Shown: positions 34,800 through 45,397, counted from the first letter of the stretch. The stretch is 64,000 nt of DNA from Guillardia theta CCMP2712 (GCF_000315625.1 NW_005434602.1:243848-307847); one strand, 5' to 3'. Notes: generated from the letters alone by a model not told the origin. Program-made: numbers and translations.

Positions 34800-35198
34800 T
34801 TAGCCGGCGGTGGGGTGGGGCACGTAGGACACGGTGTTGCCGGAGGCGGTGTGCACAGTGTGGCCCGAGGTGAAGGAGGTGCCGATGGTCTCGGCGGATC
34901 CAGCGATGGAGTGGTCGGTGATGTCGGCTCCACGGAGGTTGTCCATGCCGGTGGTGTCAGCCCAGTAGGTGTTGATGGAGGCATAGTTGTTGTACATGCC
35001 CTGGTTGGCACCACTGTTCATGCTGTAGGACGAGTTGTCCACGGAGTCCTTCAAGAAGCTCTCAGCAACGTTGGTAGAGGAGATGTTGGCAGCTCCGAAG
35101 AAGATGCCATCGGCGTCATAGGCGGTGCCGACACCGCAGGAGTTAGATCCGATGCAGGAGGAGGAGAGGGACTGGAAGTGGACGATGTCGTGGAACAT
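34800..35198 (-). CDS. MFHD-family 132-aa protein copy 4
   Basis: Intact ORF. Predicted 5'-UTR intron 35202-35304, with TATTTATT and GGGGTGGGGTAG upstream. Confidence 0.85.
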   Translation of the reverse strand: MFHDIVHFQSLSSSCIGSNSCGVGTAYDADGIFFGAANISSTNVAESFLKDSVDNSSYSMNSGANQGMYNNYASINTYWADTTGMDNLRGADITDHSIAGSAETIGTSFTSGHTVHTASGNTVSYVPHPTAG

Positions 35199-35955
35199 TT
35201 CCTGCTCAACGATCAGTCATCTAATCAAGTTGGCCCACGACTTGACGTTTGTAACATCATCTTTAACACCGCTGTGCTTTACATCATGTTGATCTTTCTC
35301 TTACCGGAGGAGATGACTGCTTCTGTTCCCTCGGTGAAATAAATACACCTTCAGTCTACCCCACCCCTACAAGCCCCGGGGGCCACAGTTATTTATGGGG
35401 TCGAGTTTGGTCGATCACAATTTCATGTAGCATTTGAAAAATAGAAGAAACAAATATCGCAAATGATTTCAAATGCCCATCTTGACTAGCACCCACCAGA
35501 TGGTGTTCCCCCGGTTCTATTTTGGGTTGACCGGTCTTTTTTTTGTTTCTGTATGGGCAGACAGAATGTTTACAAAATATGCAAAAGACTGGTACGGAAG
35601 TTTACTCAAGAACCCGATCTTAAAAACATTTTGTTGTATAATCTTGAAAACTCTTTAATTTGAGTAAAACCAATGAACCTACCACCGCCGGGGCCCTCCG
35701 TCGACTCCGGTCAGAGGTCTCTGACTCAGCCGTCACTGAGTCCCTCCTTCCGAGTGCCAACGTCTGCACGGCGCGCCTGGCGGCGCGCCGCGGTCGCCGT
35801 CACCATCATGCTAGCGGAGCCGGAGGCTCCGGCAGAGCGATCAATGTTTCCAGGCGGCATAGTCAAGATGCGTGTCTCTTCTTGTCGGATTTGAACATGA
35901 GTTTTTCCGTCCAGCAGATTCTACGGAGTGCTGGTACTACACATCGGCCCTCGCT

Positions 35956-36283
35956 TTAGTACATTACGGGTGGTTTCCCTCGCTACAGTGGTAAGAAGAG
36001 GATCAGAAGCTTGCGAGAAGCGAGAGCTCGCATGAGGCGAGCGTGCTCGTGCAGCAAGGAGCATCACCCCGAGTCCTTCACTTAAAGTTAGCCTGCTTAC
36101 GTAAGGAACAGCCTCTTCTTCTCGAAGGGTCTGTTCTCTCCTTATGTTGTATGCCACGCTCAGCATCGTTATCAAACTAGACATCACTGCACTGTACCTT
36201 TGTTGATGTGTGATCCAGCGGAGGTGCCTTGAGCATTCGCTGTAGACATCTGCAACCCGTAAAGCCTCGGGGTATGATAACAC
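35956..36283 (-). pseudogene. Third (inverted) copy of the dispersed EALRVAD element
   Basis: Translates as PEALRVADVYSECSRHLRWITH...AYNIRREQTLREEEAVPY and is homologous to 27560-27730. Confidence 0.55.
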
Positions 36284-36855
36284 AAAGGAATCCTGGTTTC
36301 ATCGTACGCATCATCAAGCGGTTCCCAGGCACGGCGCTAAGGAGCATCCTTTCTCAATCGACAGGCCCAAACCCTGTTCGGCTGAGCTTCAGATGAAGTC
36401 CTTATCCTGAAAAGTGCTGCTGTTCGACACTGTGTAGATCAGTTCTGTAAACTCAACCATGTCATTTAAATTTCAAGTAGGACGTTGGCTTTCCCTCTAC
36501 GTGCCTTGTCGTGACGTTAAAAGACACAACATGTCACGGAAGACCCACGGTGTGACTTGTGAAGCATCGCGAGATACTTGTCGGAGCTGGATCGAAGAGA
36601 GAATGTGTTTCAAGGCAGGGAGCGTTCAGGAAGGGAATCAGCGAATACAGGAATGAGTGCGTGGGGAGTCGAGTATGTAACTAACCGGATCGCAGCATCA
36701 AGGATCGGAGATTAGATCATGAGAAACAGGGTGGTGTAAGATTAAAATATTGTTCATTCAATAGAACCAGCACATGGCTACGTTCCCGCGCATCTTCATA
36801 ACCTGAGCTATGCCTCCTCCAGTCATGACGCGCTTCCTTACCGCTCGAACACCGC

Positions 36856-37254
36856 TTAGGTGTCGGAGGGGTGGGGCACGTAGGACACGGTGTTGCCGGA
36901 GGCGGTGTGCACAGTGTGGCCCGAGGTGAAGGAGGTGCCGATGGTCTCGGCGGATCCAGCGATGGAGTGGTCGGTGATGTCGGCTCCACGGATGTTGTCC
37001 ATGGCGGTGGTGTCAGCCCAGTAGGTGTTGATGGAGGCATAGTTGTTGTACATGCCCTGGTTGGCACCACTGTTCATGCTGTAGGACGAGTTGTCCACGG
37101 AGTCCTTCAAGAAGCTCTCAGCAACGTTGGTAGAGGAGATGTTGGCAGCTCCGAAGAAGATGCCATCGGCGTCATAGGCGGTGCCGACACCGCAGGAGTT
37201 AGATCCGATGCAGGAGGAGGAGAGGGACTGGAAGTGGACGATGTCGTGGAACAT
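36856..37254 (-). CDS. MFHD-family 132-aa protein copy 5
   Basis: Intact ORF. Predicted 5'-UTR intron 37258-37409, with TATTTATT and GGGGTGGGGTGG upstream. Confidence 0.85.
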   Translation of the reverse strand: MFHDIVHFQSLSSSCIGSNSCGVGTAYDADGIFFGAANISSTNVAESFLKDSVDNSSYSMNSGANQGMYNNYASINTYWADTTAMDNIRGADITDHSIAGSAETIGTSFTSGHTVHTASGNTVSYVPHPSDT

Positions 37255-39461
37255 TTCCTGCGCAACGATCAGTCATCTGCTCGAGCTGGTGCATGATCTT
37301 TCCATCCACGCTCAATCTTTTGTTTCTCTACTCTTTTCTTCTCTTCTCTCAGTGCTCTGCTCTGCTCTTGACACATCTCCCACGCATTGGCGGCATTGCC
37401 GTGCCTTACCGGAGGAGATGACCGCCGCTGTTCGCTCGGTGCAATAAATACACCTTCAGTCCACCCCACCCCTTCTAGTCAAATGGGCTCGCGTTTTCAG
37501 TGCCGGTGAGGTTTTTGCGACAATGTAACTTCGCTTCATATGAACAACATTCATCTATATATTTGAAATGTAGCAGAAAGAATAATATTTATGTCTAAAA
37601 TGGTTTTCAAACTACACACAGGGACACAAGGCATTTTTTCGTGCGGATCACTTGGCTGTGAGAGGCTATTTCGGGAGGTTGAAATAATATTTGACAGGTT
37701 GGGTACTTCAGTAGGCTTCCTACTATAAGTATGTTTTAAAGTGTAAATATTGTCAGTAAGTTTACTCAAATGTAATCAGCCTTCCGACTTAGCCCGGCGG
37801 CCGCGTCAGTGGCCGGGCGCCGGCCGGGGGCCCAGCCATGAGCCGGTACTACTTTACTCCACGTGCAAGGCGTACCCGGCACCAGGCAGAACGTTTCCCA
37901 ACATGGCCGGGCCCTGAAGATCATCATGTAGGGGACTTTGAACTTCCACAACTGATGGCTACTGGCGGCGGATGGGCGCCCGCCCGGCCGGACCCCCGGC
38001 TCCGGGAGCGGCTCGCCGGCCCGGCCGGCCTGATCGGATGCTCCCGGGCCAGCGCCGGCGGGCCGCCCGGCCGCCGCTGATCCGATCGGGGGCCGCCCGC
38101 CGGCACTGCGGCCGCCGCGTCTGAGAAATGGCTACCCGGCGAGAAATGACTACCCGGATCCGAGCCTGAGGCCGGGCCCGCCGGGCCGGGCCGCGGGCCC
38201 GGGCCGCCGCGAGCGTCCGATCACAGGCATCATCTGGCAACCTTGAACTGAACGAGTCTAGAAGCTTCCATGTGTACCCCTCCCCTGGCAGGCCCCTCCT
38301 CCCTCGACAAGCTCCGATGGTATGGGCAGTGGTATGGGTGTGGGTGGTGTTTGACCTCTTTCCTTTTCGAGCCCAAAGCGGTACCATGTCACCAAAGATA
38401 CCCCTACCCCAATCCACTCAAACAAAAGAACCCCCTCTCCTAGCCATATCACACTACCCCACCCCTCCTTGAGAAAAAAATGGACTCCGCCACAAACCAA
38501 GCAAATCTGAGCAATCTCCTCCACTACCCACCCATTTTGGATTTTTTTTTTACATCACCCTCAAATTTCCCTTCCACTACCCCCCTTTCCCTCTGCAATC
38601 AGCGCCAACTGAAAAGTACCCTACCTGCATTTCGCGTTTTTGTTTTGCCGGCCCGTGTGATTTGTACATGGGTGGGGGTTCTTGTCATGTAAAAAATGGG
38701 GGGTGGATAAGATCTTGAAGGAGGACCAATGGCCTCCGATGGGTAGGGTCAATTTATGGGTATTGGAAGAATGGCGGGTAGTAGTAACGCTTTTGACTTA
38801 TGGTGGGGTAGTATGGTTCTGTATAATAGGTAGGGGTGGTAGAATCCCATCCTCGAGGCAAGCATGCAGTGGACTGGACCACCCACCCTTTGAGAAAATC
38901 TACTCTTGACCCTCTACCCACCTATTTAGACCACCCCATTATGGGTACCCCCACCCACCTCAAGCTAAAGTATCTTTGCTGGAGCACCTTGTAAAAAGCA
39001 CTACTTCAAATTTTACTGGGGCATATTCGTAGATATTCCATGATGGACCCATATCCGTTCGTGTCTGACCTACCCCAACCCCCTTGTCCTCAATTTCTTA
39101 GATGCCAACCCCAGACCTATCATCCATCACCTCGTATTTGCACCCCCGAACACCACCCCTACCCCCTTCTGACCCTTTGCCCCTCCCTCGCACCTTTCCC
39201 GCCTTTTCCTCGCGCGTTTCCTCCTGCGACTTCCCCCCACCTCCCCACCTCTCCGCTCCTTGCTCACCCTCCGCTAGACCCTCCGCCTCCCCTTCCTCCC
39301 TCCGCCACTTCCCCACACCGCCCCTGGACGCAGACTCTTTTCCTTCGTCAAATCTCCGCCTGCCCTCGTCTCCCGCCGGCCTGTTCCTCTGTGTTCCTGC
39401 CGAGCAAGCAACGACCCCTCTTTTAGAAGGAGAGCAGAAGCTTCCAAATCCTCAGTCTAAG

Positions 39462-40655
39462 ATGCCCAGCGGACAGTCCACTCAGCAGACTCCCATGCAG
39501 TATCAACAGGTTCCAGGCATGAACCAATCCTCAAACCCTTGTTCAGGGTATACCGTCAACGGCTGCTGGTACCCTGGCCAGCCACAAGCTCCAGCTCCAA
39601 ACATGGCTCCCCCGATGGCAGGAGGCAACGGATTCTTCATGCAAGCATTTCCATCCTAGTAAGTGACATTGATCTGATCATCTTTTTTTGTGTATAACCA
39701 AGTATTTCAGTGGAATGGCTCCTGGTTACAACATGGCAGGGCAAGCAAACCCGCAGATGATGCAAATGCAAATGATGCAGTACATGCAGATGCATGGCAT
39801 GACCGGACAGATGGACCCTAACATGATCAATGCCATGATGCATCCAATGATGAAGGGAAAGATGGCAAATGCAGCATCCTTGGAATCTGTGTCCATGCAT
39901 GGTATTCCTGCCCACGCCATGCAGAGCCCCCTCAAGGGCATCCCTGCTAAGTTTGTGACGGGAACTTTCATGGAGTCTGACATCATCAACAACTCTGAGA
40001 CGGTTCCCTCTGAAGGCTCAGGGGCTCAGGAACCCACCTCGAGCAGCAGCCATGACAACCTGCAAGAGATGCTGAGGAAACTGAGCATGTCTCCGTCACA
40101 GTCAGAATTGTAAGAGTTCTTGACCGTCTTGCATGACTTCTCACATAATTTTTCAGATCTTACAATAGCACCAATGCATGCTGCAGTGAGGTTTCGTCTC
40201 ATGGATCGGCAGCTGAGATGGATGCCAGCAACAGCCTTGCTTCAGGCATTTCCGATGCTGGTATGCTCTCAGACAATGGATCGAACAATCAGGAAACAAG
40301 CATCTCTGATGCAAGCACTAAAGTGATGGAAAAGGATGCCCAAAAGTCAAAGTTTCACAAATATGACAAGAAACGAGACCAAGGTGCTGATGAAAAGCCA
40401 TATTACGCGAATCGGGGTGGCATGAGGGGGCAGGGCAAGAAGCCTTTTTCAGGGAGCAGAGGACATCCGCAAGGTGGAAGGGGAGGACGTGGCGGTCCGC
40501 ATTCAGGCCGTCCCTTCCCTCCCAAGTCGCCTGAGGAGAAGATCGCTGGACCTAGAGAAGACGAGGGAGAGTGGAAGACAGTGGAACGATCGGGACTCAA
40601 GAATCGTCATCCAAGGGGTGGAATCACCAGGCCACCGCACAATCGGGTTGAATGA
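39462..40655 (+). CDS. Met/Gln/Pro-rich low-complexity protein with C-terminal RGG-like region, 3 exons
   Basis: Introns 39659-39710 (TA|GTAAGT..TTCAG|T) and 40110-40156 (TT|GTAAGA..TTCAG|A) join the three ORF pieces in frame. The C-terminus contains NRGGMRGQG and QGGRGGRGG. Confidence 0.75.
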
Positions 40656-41027
40656 TGCAAGAGTCTGCAATTTTGTTTCTTTGTTTCAACGAGGTTTAAG
40701 ATCTGATAGTGGATTTTCTGAAGAATCTGTTTGAAGGTCATATCATTCTGAAAGCTATGGAAGTGGCCAATGACAAGCATGTCGTCCGTTATTGTTTAAC
40801 AGCATTTTGAAGTTCAGCACGTCAGAGGACAGGTTCGAAGCAATTACTTTGTACATCATCTCTATGCACGAGTACACCGCAAGGCTAAGGGATAAGATAT
40901 TGTCCTTGAACTTCGACGTGGAAGTGTTGTATTCGACTGTCTCTGTTGTCTGTAAAAAAAAATAAAAAAATGAACGCGTGATTGATTTCTACTGTAACCT
41001 TCCGTTGACTATCACTTCGCTTTTCGA

Positions 41028-43529
41028 TCAGCTTAGCACCACCTGCTCTTTGATTCTGAATCCGCCGGGAACACAATCGCCGACGTAAGTGATCTGCTGT
41101 TTGCCTTCCTCAAAGCCTACCCGCCTGTGCAAGTTTGAGGAGAGCAGCAGCCGAGAACAGGAGGAGAGATTGGGAAGGGGCCACTCTCTCGACTCACCGG
41201 AAATCCAATCGGTCGTAGATGGGATCGATGCCGTGCACAAGAGAGGTTCCCCAGTCAGGGCCCTTCATCTTCATCTCTTCCTGCTCTCAGTGTAAAATGT
41301 CTTTTCCTCACTCTCGCCCACTTCTCTCCCACTTGCATCCCCTTGCAACTTCCTCTTCTCCCGCCTTCTTCCTAACCCCCCTGAACATTCTGGTGGCTAC
41401 ACCATGTCTCCTAGCCTTTCTTGGTCTTCGCTTTCCGCTTTCTCCCTCGCATGCCGACCTGCGCTCTAGCCAAGTCTCGGAGGAGGTAGTAGTCAAGGCA
41501 GAGGTTCTGCGGCAGGTGTGGCATGGAGCCCCTCAGCGTTTGCTCAATCTCTCCCTGCTTCCAAGGCTCTCTGACGTGTCATCATGGCCTGTCCGAGGAG
41601 GCACAGAGGGAGCTTCTCACCGCGCGAGGAACTCGTCAAACTCACGCAGCACCTTCCATCCTGCGATGAGGCGATCACCGAGAGGAGGAAGAGGCTAGCC
41701 TGACTCACCAGCCTCACACTTGGCGATGGCCGCCTCGGTCTCCTGGTCGCCATTCCCCCATGTCTTACATCGACGCAAGAACTCCGGGAGGTTGGGATCA
41801 GCGAACTGGATCATCGGAGGTAGTCCAGGCTTCCCCTACGTCATCAGCACGTTAGGTGCAGGGGAGAGGGAGGCGCGTCCAGTCCACCTTGGGGAAGATC
41901 CTATCCATGTCCTCCTGGCTCAGAGTGTCATTCAGATCGATGGAGCGCACGGCCTGCATCAGTCGCTCTTGCTCCAAGGGGCTCAATCCTTCCTCCTCGT
42001 GTGTGAAGTTCTCCATCTTCTCTGCGAATTTCGCCATGATCTGCCTGCTCGCCCGATCGGGGATGGCAGAAGCGTTAATCCCTGCCGGACAAGATTAAGT
42101 CATGGTTGCTACTATCCCCACCGGAATCGTGTACCCATGTGAAGGAGTTCATCGTTGAAGTTCTCGAGCGCTGCCTCGAACTCCTTGGGATCTATCCCAG
42201 ACATCCTCAGATCTGCCAGAAGGTTCTCCTCGTCTATTCTAGCTCGCTCTGCTTCTTCCTCTGCTTCGGATCTTGCCGACAGCTCTGCCAACCTCTTCTC
42301 CCGCAGTCTTCTCACAAATTCTTCGTGCTCCTCCTGCATCATCGCGGCCTGTACCAGCAGCATTCAGCCTGCCGCACAACCTGCACGCTCTTACTGTCTG
42401 CAGGAACTCGTCTTGCGACATCTTCAGCAATTTCTGTGGGATCGCATCAGTCAGGTGCAAGCTTCCCCATCAAGGAGCATGACGAGCCTTTCGGATAAAG
42501 TAGCTTGCCGGAGGATGCCACTGGGAGACGTTTCGAAGCCTGGACAACTTCATCGGTCCCACAACCCCAATCTGAGGGGTGAAGACAGACCTGTCGTGGA
42601 AGAACGTTTTGCCAGTCTTGGGATCCCTCAACTTCGTCCAATCCCCAAAGTCATACAGAGGCATGCCTGCAAGGTACTTGAACACCCTCCAACGACCTCG
42701 CACGTTCACCCGCAAGCTCCTCGGCCACTCGCTGCCGATGCTTCTCAAGGAACTTCTGCTCCTCCTCTCCCTTGCCCACTCCTGGATCGTCAGGCAGCGG
42801 CTTGCAGCAGGGAGGCACGTAGTCTGAGAAGCGGCTGAGCTCGATGGAGACTGAGGAAGCGGAGGGATGCTTCTTGCCATCTTGGTCGTTCAACGCTGAC
42901 CCAGGAAGTAACTGTAGATGCAACAAATCAAACGAAGAGACGAGGGGCGGGGCAAGAGATACTTGCAGCAGGACGTCGGATGCTTCTTCTCCTAGTGCTA
43001 GGGACCGAACCTGCTCCCATGACTTGCCCTTGAGGCTCTCGCCATTGATCGCGACGACTTCGTCGCCGATGTTGATCAAACCTGCATGCGCTTGCTGCAC
43101 CTGGGGATGGATCGACAGGATCTTGTATGGTGGATCTCTGCTCAACAGCAAGCCTATCCCACTGAGCATCTTGCCGTCCTTCATCGGCGGCATGATGGGC
43201 GGCCGAATCAAGAGATCGTACAAATGCGTCAGGTTCCCTTGCTCCTCCGGGTCCTTCAAGTAGGCTTCTGTCAGGTTGTACAGACTCTCGTCATAGCTGC
43301 CCTCGGACGAGCCTGAGCCTTCATCCGAGAATGGCAGATCGTCTTCGTATGCTCCTCCTCGGAGCATCAGAGACATCGGCTTAGCCGCCATGGAGCCAGC
43401 ATTAGATCGAAGTGACGGATTTTCAGAGGGCAGGAGAATGGCGGTCCTGGCACTCGAACCTCCACATAGAGAGAGGGAAGCGAGGATGATCAAGAGCTTC
43501 ATCCTCCTTCTCTGCTCTACAGTCGCCAT
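41028..43529 (-). CDS. Signal peptide + LRGG motif + PDZ + WW domain protein, multi-exon
   Basis: Signal MKLLIILASLSLCGGSSA, then LMLRGG. PDZ: GIGLLLSRDPPYKILSIHP..INIGDEVVAINGESLKGKSWEQVRSLALG. WW after splicing: DWTKLRDPKTGKTFFHD-RLRNVSQWHPP. 3' end approximate. Confidence 0.65.
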
Positions 43530-43819
43530 CCTCTCCTCTCTGTCACAGTCACGGTCCTCATCTTCCTCCACTCCCTCCCCCCCTCTCTCCCTTCCACGCC
43601 CATGGCCGCATCTTGGTCAAGCCCACATCTCCACTATGACCCAATAGGAATTGCCGAGCCCTGCCAGTGCCGAGCCCTGGCCGAGCCTTCAATGCATGAG
43701 GGAGCTAGGAGCGATGGCGCCTTCGGCTGCGCTCCTCCTCTCGTCATGGCTACTTCCTCCTCACCCATGAACTCGGCTGGCTGATCTTGCGCTGGTCTCG
43801 GAGGCCCTCGATCGCGGCC

Positions 43820-45397
43820 ATGCAGTCAGAAGGCGAGCATGTGAGTCGAGGAGTGGGGATTGCGGGAAAGAGGAGAAGCAGCGAACATGGCGCGATCGCT
43901 GGAGATGAAAGAGAGCAGAAGGTTGCGAGGAGCACGAGCAGTCGAGGAGTGTGTTGGAACTGGAAGGAGTTCGAGCGCGAGGCCCGCGAGGTCTGCGACA
44001 ACGTGTACCTTTCAGAGTGGATCGCCGTAATGCAGGAGATAGAAGAGTTGGGCTGGATGCTGCCAGGAGGCTACATGGACGTCCCAGCCAACAGGAACAA
44101 GGAGCTTGTCCATGTTCTTGGATCCTACATTGACAACGTGGTCGGGTCCCGGAGGCGGATGTACGCGTGGAGCGTTCCGTGCGAGGAAGCTCTGCGATCA
44201 ATCGCTCAGGCCTCACCCAACGGAATCCTTGAGCTGGGAGCAGGGACTGGCTACTGGGCTTCGCTGCTGAGGAGTCGAGGAGTGCCAGTTGTATGCTATG
44301 ACAGGGTGCCTGTCAGTGGTGCAGTGCGATTCGGGGAGAGGCAGGAGGGAGGGCAAACGATTCCCGATGCTCATGTTCACACTTGCTCTCACAACTCTGT
44401 GGAAGGGCACGCGAAGATCAACTCCCAGCATGCTCTGAGGAGCTCGATCTGCTTGCAGGACTTTGACTGTCACTTCACAGCGACTGCTGCGCCATTCTAC
44501 AAGGTCCATGAAGGAGGAGCCGCCGCGGTCGACGAGTTCCCATCACGCGCTCTCATGCTCTGCTGGCCGCCCAAGGAGCAGGAGTGTTCCGCGTGCGAGG
44601 AGAGTGGGAAGGACCAGGACACAGAGAGCATCTTCCTCGCCCTGCAGGTCCTCTGCTTCCTTGACGAGGCTGCTGGTTCACAGCTGGTGCAGGCGCTGGA
44701 GAAGTACAAGGGAGACACGCTCATCTACGTCGGGGAGTGGACAGGGAGGACGGGGAGCCTCAAGTCGCTGAGTCCGCACGGAGAGACGGCAGGACCCAAG
44801 TTTCAAGCTAAGGTGCGAGAGAGGAAGGGGCGGTTCTCTTGTGAGACGTGGAGGACAGGTGCTGCGGGAGTGGGACCTTGTCTCAAGGACGGCCCTCCCT
44901 TCCTGGCCCTTCGTGCATGATGAGCTGAGTGTGTGGAGGAGGAAGAGGCTGCATGCTCTCTCGCCCTGTCAAGCTCCTTCCTCTCACAGACCCTGCGGGC
45001 CGACAGGACCCATTTCGTCAAGCTCTGACCTGAGCTGCGAGTACCGTCGGCGTGTTATCGAGATACATCGGCGACTGTGGGAAGAAGATTTGATCCAATA
45101 CGCCAAGAAGAACTCGACGGATGAATTCTCGGATGTGAGTCAGCAGGGCTCTGTTCAGCTGGCTCTCCTGGGATGGTGACGGTGTGCTGCAGGCTGAGAA
45201 GAGGATTATTCAAGGTCTGCAGGGGGCTAGGGATACTCAAGCAGCTCTGCAGGTATGGGCCTGTTCTTGATGCTTTTTCTGTCTCACTGCTGTCTCAGGT
45301 GATGCTCAAAGAATTCGTGGGATGGTGCGACCAAAACTGCCCTGTCGGGGACGTTTGGAGCAGCAGAAGAGAAGGGGAGCATTCGGGGGAAGATTGA
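43820..45397 (+). CDS. Class I SAM-dependent methyltransferase-like protein, spliced
   Basis: YAWSVP..ILELGAGTGYWASLLRSRGVPVVCYD (motif I), ALMLCWPP, YKGDTLIYVGE, LPSWPFVHDELSVWRR. Confidence 0.75.

Noticed and set aside
30722-37296. Plus-strand Gly/Val-rich ORFs (MGHVGHGVAGG..) overlapping each MFHD copy
   Set aside because: Antisense frames kept open by NNC codon bias. They have GTG starts and variable ends, and the promoter and splice signals point to the minus strand.
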